Positions 40,193 to 50,409 of a DNA stretch of 64,000 nucleotides are shown in pieces; the first letter of the stretch is position 1; each line of letters begins with the position of its first letter. The DNA is from Candidatus Moanibacter sp. GTDB taxonomy: Bacteria; Verrucomicrobiota; Verrucomicrobiia; Opitutales; UBA2987. Position numbers and translations under genes: made by a program. The stretch lies in the NCBI GenBank assembly GCA_965215885.1, contig CBDCEW010000100.1:32001-96000 (forward strand), in the 5' to 3' direction. The notes below the pieces were generated by a model, which saw nothing but the letters and a program-made list of their open reading frames with translations, did no database searches and was not told where the DNA came from.

Positions 40193-41548
40193 TCAAAAGT
40201 AGCTTTTGCGGTTGTAGACACCCGATCGATGCACGTATGGCTTTTCTGCACCATCGGAGTCCGGTTGGGTAAAGATGTAGATCGCCTCCCCGTGATAAGG
40301 TTGGTAGAGTACGGTCTCCTCACGGTCGTCTCCGCAGAGGTCGGCGGCGATGGCCTGGACTGCGAGTTGCTGCTTGCTGGTTCCGGCATGGAGGAATTGC
40401 GCAACATCTTTGTCTTGCCCACCAAGGTCCTGCAGGCAGCGACCCCGGCCGTCGACAAGCATGCGGTCTACGGGAATCCAAAGCGCGTCGGCATCCTCCG
40501 CGCCCCAGCGGACTTTCACAGGCATATCGGGATATTTGCGGTGCCCGTTGTCGTCGACGATGCCGGCGTGATGTTCGAAGGTGGCCAAGGTTATTCCGTC
40601 CTCCGCATCGACGGTGGTGAATTTTCCGAAATGGCCGGACGTTTGCAGCACGAGTTCCGATCCGTGCCGATCGGGCAAAAAGTTTCCGGCCCAGACGGAC
40701 TGTCCGTGCGGGACTTCCTCCTTGCTCTTTTCCCAGATCGTGTCCCCGGCAGGGGTGAGGCAATAGGCGGGACCGTGAACACAGATACTTAATACAATGC
40801 GTCTGTCACCGGAAGGACTATCGAAGATTTCCACCATATCGGCGTGGGCGCCGAATTCGCGTTCGAAAACTGTCTCGCCTTCACCGTTTACGGCAAGCTC
40901 GCCGAATATGATCTCGTCCCGGCCGTCCCCGTCGATATCGCCGACAGAAGCATGATGGCCCATAGCGGTGGGTTTCCCTTTGACATGCCATATTGTGTTC
41001 AATTCCGCGTCGAAGGCCACCGCGTGAGTGGGTATCTGGTGGGAGGCTTCGTATTTCAGCACGAATGAGGGTGGGGAACTCACGCCATCGAAGTACGCGA
41101 TCAAGGTCATCGGCGAGGGGCGTGAGGGCGAGTAACCGTTTGGATGCCGGACTTGCCTATTGAATGGCGACGGAGTCTCCGCTCTAATCTCTCCAGTTGC
41201 ACCATCGAGCAGATAGAGGATTGGATCACCGTCGTTCCAGAATTCCGCGAGAACCTCGGTTCGGCCGTCTCCATCGATGTCGTAAGCTACGCAAAATCCG
41301 CGGCAGGGGTTGCCCATGTCCCGAAGAGTACCGGAGGCATGCTGGCTGACGGACGCGTCGCCGAATTCCCAGAGTTTCGCACCATCCAGATCGACCGCGA
41401 TGAGATGGAGGTGGGAGGAATACGGTCCGAGGTAGGAAAGGAGAAATTCAACCTCCCCGTCGTTGTCGATGTCCCCGAGGGTGACATAGGTCCCTTTGTA
41501 CTCGGCGATGTCGATGCGCTTCCAAAGTTTTGCCGCAGTATCAGGCAT
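40193..41548 (-). CDS. FG-GAP-repeat beta-propeller protein (rhamnogalacturonan lyase-like)
   Basis: Repeated DIDNDGEVE / DIDGDGRTE / DIDGDGRDE / DLCGDDREE Ca-binding loops; GHH. Confidence 0.65.
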   Translation of the reverse strand: MPDTAAKLWKRIDIAEYKGTYVTLGDIDNDGEVEFLLSYLGPYSSHLHLIAVDLDGAKLWEFGDASVSQHASGTLRDMGNPCRGFCVAYDIDGDGRTEVLAEFWNDGDPILYLLDGATGEIRAETPSPFNRQVRHPNGYSPSRPSPMTLIAYFDGVSSPPSFVLKYEASHQIPTHAVAFDAELNTIWHVKGKPTAMGHHASVGDIDGDGRDEIIFGELAVNGEGETVFEREFGAHADMVEIFDSPSGDRRIVLSICVHGPAYCLTPAGDTIWEKSKEEVPHGQSVWAGNFLPDRHGSELVLQTSGHFGKFTTVDAEDGITLATFEHHAGIVDDNGHRKYPDMPVKVRWGAEDADALWIPVDRMLVDGRGRCLQDLGGQDKDVAQFLHAGTSKQQLAVQAIAADLCGDDREETVLYQPYHGEAIYIFTQPDSDGAEKPYVHRSGVYNRKSYF

Positions 41549-41591
41549 TTTGTGTGTATACTCTTATGCTGTGTTGAAAAGCGAACCAGAA

Positions 41592-41773
41592 CTAGCCCGA
41601 ACATTTCAAAAACCTTCTGCTACGACCACGGATATCACTGCATCTCAAGGCCTTACCTTGCCCGGCGACCTCAGAGGGTCTCAACACACTGTCGCCCGCC
41701 GTGCTACGCAAAGGCTCTGATATGCAGCAATCTACGCGGTCTCGCTACGAAGTGTGTGAAATGTCCGGGCTAA
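41592..41773. mobile_element. MITE-like hairpin repeat, family A (182 bp, reverse orientation)
   Basis: ctagcccgaacatttca ... tgtgaaatgtccgggctaa. Confidence 0.85.
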
Positions 41774-41821
41774 CCGCGGAGAATGCGGAGAACGCCGGGA
41801 AATTCAAAAAGAATAGACTCT

Positions 41822-41915
41822 CGGATTCGAGCCGTCTTCTCTCTGCCGTATCCCGGCGCGCCGGGACGCCGAGCCAGGGAAAACCGCGGATTGATATGGG
41901 AGATATGAGAGTGTC
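41822..41915. repeat. Repeat family C, intact copy (the other copy is split by IS4)
   Basis: cggattcgagcc..cttctc matches the IS4 left flank; gccgagccagggaaaaccgcggattgatatg matches its right flank. Confidence 0.7.
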
Positions 41916-42082
41916 CGAGCGGATGCTGCGAATTTGCTGCAAGCTTTGACATGTTGAAATGCAGGAAACGTGAGAGAGATACCAAAGTCCGTTAAGGTTT
42001 GGAGGGTCGACTTTCTCGAACTCTTTGGTATCTTTCTTGACCCTGCCGAGTTCGTCATCTGACTGACCGGTTTTCCGGAACA

Positions 42083-43228
42083 ATGGGTGAGTATCAGTAT
42101 TATCAATTCGATGCCGTTACACATCTGTTATCGGAACGGGAGCAGAGTGAAGTCGGTTCGCTCTCGTCGCATATCAGCGTCAATTCCAGCAGCGCCTACG
42201 TTGAATACCACTACAGCGATTTTAGACACGACGCTATCGAGGTGCTTGAACAACATTTCGATGTTTTGCGGTATGGAGCGAACTGGGGCACTCTCCGTTT
42301 AGCATTCAGATTCGACGAACAGACGGTGGATTTCGATGCAATTGGTCATTATGCTTTTGAAGACGTAATCAGTATCTACAGACGGAATGAGAATGTCGTT
42401 ATTGATGCTTACTTTTCAGAAGAGACCGAATACGAATATTACGTGGAAGGGGCGGAAGGCGGCTCGAATCCCTTTCTCTTCTTTCATCAGGAGATTATGG
42501 AAGGTGACTATCGGTCACTGTTTCTCATGTGGTTGAAAGCCGCGAATATATCTTATCACTGGGAAGAGGCGGATGAAGATTGCCCTTACGAAGTGCCCGT
42601 TCCGGCTGGCCTGAAAACGTTGAATGCGGCTCATCAGGAACTTGGGAGATTCATCGAATTAGAGAGCGAATTGATCGAAGCGGCTGAAACACACAGTGAG
42701 CCTCTCATTCAGTGTGGGGACTTTGCTACCGACAAGACTCTAAGCCGGCTGTCCGCGCAAGAGCAGCGTCAGTTTCTGAAGAAGCTCGCCACAGAGAGCC
42801 CGCAAGAGACCAAGTCCAAATTGGTGCGGCGATTGAAAACTCTGCAGATGGAAATGGATCCTTCCAAAAATTCCGGTCCAAAAAAAGAGTCATTCCGTTT
42901 CAAAGTCTTGCGCGATAACGCCGACCAGTCGATTGAGGAACGAAAAACACGGGAAAGAGAAAAGGCTGAACATGAGCGATTGGAATATCTTGAACGAATA
43001 GAAAGAGATGAGTCGGAGTTGTGGAAGAGTGTACATGATAATATTCAGACTAAGAATATTAAAGGCTATGACGAGGCGATTTTGATTTTGCAAAGGCTTA
43101 AGGAACTTGCGGAACATCGAACATGCTTGGAGGCTTTTGAACGTCGCGTGTCTGAGATCTATATGGCCTATCCGCGACTCTCTGGCCTTCGCTGGCGTCT
43201 GAAGGCAGGCGGATTGATTGAAGAGTAA
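42083..43228 (+). CDS. Conserved hypothetical protein
   Basis: 381-aa ORF with the M.EYQYY.F / YGANWGT pattern; function unknown. Confidence 0.7.
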   Translation: MGEYQYYQFDAVTHLLSEREQSEVGSLSSHISVNSSSAYVEYHYSDFRHDAIEVLEQHFDVLRYGANWGTLRLAFRFDEQTVDFDAIGHYAFEDVISIYRRNENVVIDAYFSEETEYEYYVEGAEGGSNPFLFFHQEIMEGDYRSLFLMWLKAANISYHWEEADEDCPYEVPVPAGLKTLNAAHQELGRFIELESELIEAAETHSEPLIQCGDFATDKTLSRLSAQEQRQFLKKLATESPQETKSKLVRRLKTLQMEMDPSKNSGPKKESFRFKVLRDNADQSIEERKTREREKAEHERLEYLERIERDESELWKSVHDNIQTKNIKGYDEAILILQRLKELAEHRTCLEAFERRVSEIYMAYPRLSGLRWRLKAGGLIEE

Positions 43229-43361
43229 GTTCCCAACGGGTCCGAAGAGACGCACCGCGGACGAAGTGAGAACATAATAAAAAACATCGAACACTGAACG
43301 TCCAACATCGAAGTGAAGATGAGATTGGGAAAAGGGATCAAGACGAACGAATAATCGAATC

Positions 43362-44861
43362 ATGAGTAGTGAAAACGCGCAACCGAATGTAGTTTGGATC
43401 ATGGCGGACGACTTGGGCTGGGGAGACCTGGGGTGCTACGGCCAACAGATTACGAAAACGCCCCGGCTCGACCGCATGGCCCGGGAGGGCACGCGTTTTA
43501 CCGACTGCTACGCCGGTGCCCACATGTGCGCACCGTCGCGGGCTACCTTCCATACCGGGAAGCACGAAGGGCACTCCTCGGTGCGGGAGATCTGGTTCCG
43601 CACCGAAGGATTCAACAACCGCGCCTACCTCCGCCCGCACGAGCGAACGGTGGCACAGGCGCTGCGGGACGCGGGATACGCCACGGGCCTCTTTGGCAAG
43701 CGCCACGCCATCGGTTTGGGGATGTCAGAGCATTTTGGTTTCGATGCCTTTTACCACGCTGACAACGGGCACCCGGTGCTCGGCGCCCATTATCCATTGG
43801 AGATAAACACCGAATCCGGTAACATTGAAATTCCGGTCAACGCCGATATCGGCAAGTCGCTCTCAAGGCGCCGGGATGGCGTGGAGCGGGAAGTGGCATT
43901 CGATTTTATCGACCAGTACGAGGATTGGGTGGAAGGCACCTACATGGACGATATTTGCACCGACGCGGCGTGCGATTTCATCCGGCAGAAGAAGGATAAG
44001 CCGTTCTTTCTCTCCCTCTCCTTTCACGCCCCGCACACCAATTATGTGAGCCCCGACATCGGGGACTACATGCACAAGGATTGGGACCCGCTCTCCAAGG
44101 GTTATGTCCCCATGATCGAGCGTCTCGACATGCATGTCGGCAAGGTGCTCGAAACGCTCGGAACCTCCGGGCTCGATGAAAACACGATCGTTTTCTTCAC
44201 CTCCGATAACGGCGGTGTCTGCCGGGACGGCCGCGGCGGTGACGAGCGGGAGGGGTGGGTCGGTTTTCGTAACCGAATGCAGGTGAACCGCGATTTGCGC
44301 AAGGGCAAACACTACCATTTCGAGGGCGGTATCCGAGTGCCCATGATCGTCCGTTGGCCGGGCAAGGTCCCGGCCGGCGGGGTGAGCGACCTGCCGTGGT
44401 TCTTTGCCGACGCCTTCCCCACAATTGCTGAGATCGCGCACGCCTCCGATGGCGTCCCGGACGATGTCGACGGCTTCAGCGTTTTGCCGACCCTGCTGGG
44501 CGGTGCCCAACCGGAACTAGAAGACCGCCCCATGTACTGGGAGGCTCACAAATTCTTCTGCTTTTACCAGGTGGTGCGGAAGGCGGACTGGAAACTCATC
44601 CGCTGGACCAAACAGGCCCCGCGGCAGCATCCCCTCGGCGACACCGACCCGATTCTACCCGACGACCGGTACCCGCTGCTCGAGCTGTATAACCTGAAGA
44701 AGGACCACCGAGAGGAAAACAATCTGGCCGAACGTGAGTCGGCAAAAATGGACGAACTGCTTGCCTTGCTCAATTCCGCCGACGCGCACCTCGAAGACCC
44801 CGAGTGGCCGCTGACGGAGGAGGAGAAGAGGGTCTTGGCCGATATGGGGTGGAGGAGTTAA
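43362..44861 (+). CDS. Cys-type formylglycine sulfatase (arylsulfatase-like)
   Basis: PNVVWIMADDLGWGD, CAPSRA, FTSDNG, EGGIRVP. Confidence 0.92.
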   Translation: MSSENAQPNVVWIMADDLGWGDLGCYGQQITKTPRLDRMAREGTRFTDCYAGAHMCAPSRATFHTGKHEGHSSVREIWFRTEGFNNRAYLRPHERTVAQALRDAGYATGLFGKRHAIGLGMSEHFGFDAFYHADNGHPVLGAHYPLEINTESGNIEIPVNADIGKSLSRRRDGVEREVAFDFIDQYEDWVEGTYMDDICTDAACDFIRQKKDKPFFLSLSFHAPHTNYVSPDIGDYMHKDWDPLSKGYVPMIERLDMHVGKVLETLGTSGLDENTIVFFTSDNGGVCRDGRGGDEREGWVGFRNRMQVNRDLRKGKHYHFEGGIRVPMIVRWPGKVPAGGVSDLPWFFADAFPTIAEIAHASDGVPDDVDGFSVLPTLLGGAQPELEDRPMYWEAHKFFCFYQVVRKADWKLIRWTKQAPRQHPLGDTDPILPDDRYPLLELYNLKKDHREENNLAERESAKMDELLALLNSADAHLEDPEWPLTEEEKRVLADMGWRS

Positions 44862-45083
44862 GGAAGAATGGAGTGATGGAATGGTGGAGAGATGGAGTGA
44901 TGGGTGAGTGAACAGTGAACAGTTTTCTCCTGTTCCGGCCGGGGTGGGCCGGGCCGTCCCGGCACGGCATTCGTTTGAGCTCTAAGCACCGCTCGTTCCG
45001 TGTCGAGACGCCACTGCCTGCGGTGAGCCTCTCGAAGGGGACCACCTGCTTCGCGCTTCTGAATAACCGTGTGTGATCGCGAG

Positions 45084-45221
45084 CTCCTCCTCGTCTTCGT
45101 CCTCGAAACCGTATGTCATTGCAGTTTGAGCCGACTGTGTCGTTTGCCTGCTATTTAGGGGCCATTTACCGGCGTATCGCGTCGCTCCGAGAACGAGCAC
45201 GAGGAAGGAGGACGAGGACGA
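45084..45221. repeat. Repeat family B, divergent copy in reverse orientation
   Basis: ctcctcctcgtcttcgtcctcgaa ... cgctccgag ... gaggacgaggacg ends. Confidence 0.55.
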
Positions 45222-45815
45222 AACTTCAGCACTGACTACGGCCACGTGGGCAGCCTGGGTTCGCAAGACGTTATCCTTCTTGATGGAAAACTTACCAACA
45301 ACATGATCCTCGCGCTCCACTTCGATGACGAAAAACACCGCGTTTCGAGATGGTGGCCCAGCAGAATACCTTCTGGACGAGCAATTACGGCCAGATGTGC
45401 CATCCCCATACGATCTCCGACCAGTCCGGAAAGTATGTCGCCTTCAATTCGCTGGACCGTAAGAAAATCGTTCCGGATGTGATTGTGGTGGAGTACTAAC
45501 GCGACGATCGTTTGATCGTCGCATTCGAGAATGCGAAATCCCTGGGTGCCGGATCGGTGCTGTGCAGGTTCGATCGCTGTCAAGCGTATAGGCCCATTCG
45601 AATGCCGCCCGAAAGCCGACGGCATAATAGCCGAAAACGGCTCAATCGCAGATACAATTCCCGGCTTTTAATCGCTTCGGGTTTAATTCCCCGAAGCTTG
45701 CTTCGTTTCTAATTCATAAAGTCTAATATCAAATGCCTCGGGGCTTGCCCCGAGGATCTTTAAGAGCTAAAGAAAACGGTAGGCTTCATCTTCGAACCAT
45801 CAAATTCGAAGAAAA

Positions 45816-48077
45816 ATGGAGAAACCTACCGTCAAAGAAGAGACCTTCTTACAGTGCATCCTTGGAGTGGACAAGGGTCATCCCTCGATCACGGTCTATC
45901 GGGATCTGAGCGAAGGCAAACTGCACGTCTATTACGGGCATGAGCTTTTTGAAGTCGTAGAGGACGATCGGGAGCAAGTTGAATTCAAGCTATTGGTGGG
46001 GCGCCTCTACAATGCGGGGTTGAAGAAAGGGCGCTTAGAGAAGCAATTTGAGGTTGACCCCAAAACGATGAAGCGGTGGGGGGAGGCGCTTCAAAGCGGA
46101 GATGCCGAGACCTTAGCGCGAGTGCTGGCGGGACGCAGCGCTCATCGCAAATTGACGAGGGAAATCCGGAGTTTTGGGCGGGTGCGCTTCGGGCAGATCT
46201 ATGGGGAGAGTCGGTATGGCTACAGCAAGAAGATACGGGGGGAGATCGAGGAGGTGTTCGGAGTTAACCTCAGTGGGGAAACTTTGCGCCCTGTCTTTAA
46301 GGAGCTTAAAGAGGCCCGGGCAAAGGAGGCCGAAGCCGAGAGGGCGCAAAATCGGGAGACTCCCTGGGATTGCCCGGAGGACTCGGGGAGGGACGAACAG
46401 GAGCGAGAAGCAGAAAATAGCCCCGAAAGCGAAGGGGACAATCGCAAGGAGTCTCCCGGTTTTTCGAGGGAGAGCTCCGAAGCGGGGCAATGGTATCGGC
46501 ACCTGGGAGTACTTCTGTTCAGTGCCGCGCTCAGAGAAGTCGCTCAGATTGATCGCGAAGAGGGCTGGCTTTTGAAACAATGGGTGGCTTGCGGGTTGTT
46601 GGCCGCGGTCAATATCGAGCAGAGCAAACTGCTCGATCTCGAAGACCTGCAAAAACTCATCGGGCGAGTCCTGTATACCCCCTATCTGCAACGCCAAAGC
46701 CTTAGCGCCCTGGCCGATGAAGGGCTTTTAAGAGAGATCCTCAGAGTGAACGCGAGGGGCCTGAATGCTTCGGATGAAGAGAGCTTTAATTATGATCCGC
46801 ACACCAAACATTACACCGGAATGAGCAAGGTGCTGGCGGGATGGTGTCCGGGTATCCGTCTGGCCGACAAAGCGCTCCACAGCGATTTTATTCATACCCT
46901 CAAGGGCTATCCGATCTATTTTGCGAGTACCGACAACTATGAGGATATAAGGGAACATCCCCAACTGCGAAGCGATGCTCGAGCTGGTGCTTGCCGGCTG
47001 ATAAGAAGGTGAGTATTTACGTGGACCGGGCGATCGCCGCGGAGTGGTTTTACGAAGCCATCGTGGAGCACCCTCAACTCGAAATCATTACCTGGGAAAA
47101 AGGTTACAAGGCCAGCGCCCAGCCCCTCCAACGGATCGACGGGCAGTTGCGCCTGCAGCGCGCGCGCAACCATGCCGAAGATCTCCAAGAGTATCATCTT
47201 CGCTATCAGCGGGGCCCCTGGAAGAAAAATCCTCAACTGGTGCAGTGGATCGTGGAGGCGACCAATCCAAAAAATCGAACCATTACCGCGAGCATCCTGG
47301 CGACCGATCAGCAGGCCCGAAATGAAGAGGTAATCAAAGGGATGTTCAGTCGCTGGCTTCTTTCGCAGGAGAAAAACCGAAGAATTGAAAAGACTGCTCC
47401 TGGCCGAGCATGCCACCCGGGCAAAAGCGCCTCAAGCACTTTGGCGATTAAAGATCACGTCTTACTCGCATCCGGCCACTACAAGCGATTAGCCCAACTC
47501 CTTGAGGACAAGCAGGAGAAAAGCGGTGGCGCCAAAGCCCTCCGAAGCAAAAACCGCAATGCCTCGAAGAATTGCAGACGCTCCTGTCCGAGCATGCCCA
47601 TGCAAAAGCGCCTCAAGGGGCGAAAAGATCCCGCCAGGCCCTCAAAGCCCTCCAACTGAACTGGAGCAAATCGACACCGAATGCTCGAGGCTGCAGCGCC
47701 TCATTATGAAAACTATGTCCGCCTGGACACCGCTAACAAGTCCCTCATGGATGCCTTGAAAATCTTCGCCCGCAACAGCTTCTACAAGCAGCTCGAACCC
47801 TTTAAAGCTCGCTACAACAACTATCGTGACGACCACGATCTGTTTCGATTTGACTCACAGTGACGGCGTTCTTATAGAGAGGGGCTGTGCGGTCGAAGCG
47901 CATTTATTCCCCACCGCAACTTATCCCCCTCGGGTGCAGGCGGTGGTGCTTGAGTATCTGCAAACTCTCAATGAGAAGCCCTTACTGATGCCCGACGGTT
48001 CAGGCCGAAGAATCAACTGGGCAAAAAATCGGGATTTAAACTTGCGATTGCATAGTGCCTTTAGAGGGGCAATATAG
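45816..48077 (+). pseudogene. Large putative transposase gene, fragmented by frameshifts and deletions
   Basis: HTH-like N-terminal region, YDPHTKHYTG, YVDRAI and MFSRW segments spread over four ORF pieces. Confidence 0.6.
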
Positions 48078-48177
48078 TGAGGTCTGAACGTATTTGCGAA
48101 GTCCGTGGACTTCGTTAGGACGCATTAGCGCTCACGTGAGAGTGATCAAGACATTTTGTACACGTGTAATCTCTGTG

Positions 48178-48242
48178 TCGCCCAACCTCAACCAGGAGGC
48201 GCACCTTCAGGCGTTGCCTCGCTAGCCGCCGTAGGGGCGATC
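48178..48242 (-). other. Degenerate attC-like site
   Basis: Minus strand tcgcccctac ... gaggcaacgcc-tgaa-ggtgcgcctc ... GTTGGGC at the 3' end of the GNAT gene. Confidence 0.4.
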
Positions 48243-48715
48243 GTAATCAGATACCTTCCCACGCTTCTCTTGGCCGGGTTCGCGCTGCAGTACCACATTT
48301 TCATATTCTCCTGCAACGGCACGCCAGAAGTAGACCGCTGGAGTGTTCGCGTCATCGAACGAAAACACTCCATTTACCCGATAGCAAACTCAGCGTCTTT
48401 CTTGCTGCGTCTCGCCCAATGCCCGTTCTGCGGTACCGCCGCAGAATGAAAAATTCGGCGATCTGGAAGTCCCAATCCTCCTCGCCGTTGCTTTCGCGAA
48501 CCATCACAAAGCCGCCGAGTTGCCCGCCAACACGTATGAAATACGGATATCGATGTGCCTCTTTGAAATAAGCGTCGAACCAATGATAATTGAACTTTCC
48601 ATCGGAACCGATTTCAAACCTGTCGAATTCGGAGTAATCATGCATGCAGAGCTGCATCAATCGCCACAGCACGTTTCTTCTCTCGAGGAGCGACTCTCTT
48701 TAGTTCGACGGACAT
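48230..48715 (-). pseudogene. GNAT acetyltransferase gene cassette, frameshifted
   Basis: HDYSEF, GFVMV, IAEFFILRRYRRTGIG; ATG at 48715 is out of frame; second frameshift near 48360. Confidence 0.65.
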
Positions 48716-48729
48716 ATGGTAAATTCTGC

Positions 48730-48760
48730 GGCTAACTTTAGGTGATTAGCAAGTTCCGCA
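48730..48760 (-). other. attI-like site
   Basis: Minus strand gcggaacttGCTAAtcacctaaaGTTAGCC, about 15 nt before the cassette ATG and divergent from an intI-like fragment. Confidence 0.45.
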
Positions 48761-48867
48761 TTATCCCGTCCGAGGATCATGATGTAACGGTTAGTTGCAT
48801 GGGATGTGGCGGTCTTCTACCTTGTGTTCCTTACAGAATCGTATTTGACGCATTTCCGTCTTTTCCG

Positions 48868-49025
48868 ATGAAAAAGGAGCCCGAGGCGCCGAATAGAGCG
48901 TTTCGCAAAAAGCTGCGTGCGGAAGGGGTGGCGCGGCGGGAATTCGCCGACTGCCTGAAGTGGCTGCGGTATTACCTTGGTTTCTGCTATGAATTCCGCC
49001 ACCCGTTTGCGAGTGAAAGTGAAAC
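48868..49025 (+). pseudogene. N-terminal fragment of an integron-integrase-like protein
   Basis: AFRKKLRAEGV...LKWLRYYLGFC..FRHP resembles the N-terminal extension of long IntI proteins (recognised by pattern, not by search). Confidence 0.5.
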
Positions 49026-49068
49026 AGCGAACCGGCAGAGGTCAGAGGACAGAAGTCAGTGGAAAGGA

Positions 49069-50202
49069 CTACAGCCATTTTACTAATGCCGGAAGGCTCA
49101 TGAAATTAACCTGCATGTCCTTGATCTTTCTTGTGAAGGTCCGGTCGACATCGTGGGCGAGAATGACTTTATCGGTCTCAGGATGACTGCGGTGAAAGGC
49201 GGCCAGGTTTCCAGTGTCGCCAGGATCCGCTTTCCACTTCGTTTCTATCGCGCAAGGCGGCTTGCCGCGCCGCAGCAATACGAAGTCTACCTCCCTCTTT
49301 TGTTTGTCTCTCCAGTATCTCAATTGATCCTTCCAGCCGTGGGCGCAAAGCTGGTTGAGCACGAAATGCTCCCAAAATGGACCTCGATCCTCTTCGCGGA
49401 TCGCCGACCAGCCTCGCTGGTAGGCCACGAACCCGGTATCGAAGCAATAGACTTTCGGCGCTGAGATGATTTCCTTTGTCCGGTACTTGAAGAAAGGCTT
49501 AAGGACGAAAAAGACGTAAGTCTCCTGCAGTATTTGCAGATAGTTGGACAGGGTGGGGCGGCTGGCCCCCACCGGGCCCGCCAGGGAGCTGGCCTCGAAC
49601 ATTCCGCCGCTCTGCTGAACGAGAAGTTCGAAAAAGCGAAAGAAAGATGCTCGGCGCTCAACCCTGAAAAGTTCCTGAACATCTTTTGCCCAATAAGAGT
49701 CCATCCATTCCTGGTAGTCCTTTTCCGGGTATTTTCCGGCCAGGTAAAACGGAGGGAGGCCTCCTCTGATGAATCGGTGATCCCAGCCGAAATTTTCAAA
49801 CGCCTCCAAATCCTCGAGGATCATCGGCGAGAGCCAGATGTCACGGTTGCGTCCCGCCAGAGTATCTTTGAATTTTGCCGACGCACCCAGCGTGGAGGAG
49901 CCGGTCGCGACGACCTTCGTGTCGGGAAAATGATCGGCTACAATTTTCAGTAGTTCCGAGGGATTATCCAATCGGTGAATCTCGTCCAAGGCGACGCGCC
50001 GTCCTCTCAGTAATCCCAGAAACTCTTCCGGATCACCCATCTGGCGTCGCACCCGCGGCAGTTCGCAGTCAAAATATTCCACGTTTTCCAGACTTCGACA
50101 CAGCATCGTCTTGCCTGAGCGCCGCACCCCGCTCAGCCAAACCAGGTTGCGCTCTTTCCAGGCCGACTCTACACGGCCTATCCAATACTCTCTCTTAACC
50201 AT
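49069..50202 (-). CDS. AAA_14 ATPase with DUF4143 C-terminal domain
   Basis: GVRRSGKT, LDEIH, ATGSS, GGLP, KVYCFDTG, YWRD...EVDF...IETK. Confidence 0.9.
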   Translation of the reverse strand: MVKREYWIGRVESAWKERNLVWLSGVRRSGKTMLCRSLENVEYFDCELPRVRRQMGDPEEFLGLLRGRRVALDEIHRLDNPSELLKIVADHFPDTKVVATGSSTLGASAKFKDTLAGRNRDIWLSPMILEDLEAFENFGWDHRFIRGGLPPFYLAGKYPEKDYQEWMDSYWAKDVQELFRVERRASFFRFFELLVQQSGGMFEASSLAGPVGASRPTLSNYLQILQETYVFFVLKPFFKYRTKEIISAPKVYCFDTGFVAYQRGWSAIREEDRGPFWEHFVLNQLCAHGWKDQLRYWRDKQKREVDFVLLRRGKPPCAIETKWKADPGDTGNLAAFHRSHPETDKVILAHDVDRTFTRKIKDMQVNFMSLPALVKWL

Positions 50203-50409
50203 ATGAAAGTGATTATTAATATAGTATAACTATTTGCAATTTTATTTACATATGGAAAATTGGAATACACTCGGAGGGGCAAAGGGAACTACGTGAACGG
50301 TAGCAGCGACGCGACGCGGGTGGCTGCCGTGAGCGGCGGCCTAGTGGTAACACTACCCTTCGACTACGTTCAGGACGGGCTTACCGGGGCTACAGATGCC
50401 CCTGGCTAC

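Noticed and set aside
45240..45760. Short ORFs and the palindrome gcctcggggcttgccccgagg as an IS200/IS605 element
   Set aside because: No tnpA or tnpB coding sequence recognisable; at most an isolated end-like palindrome
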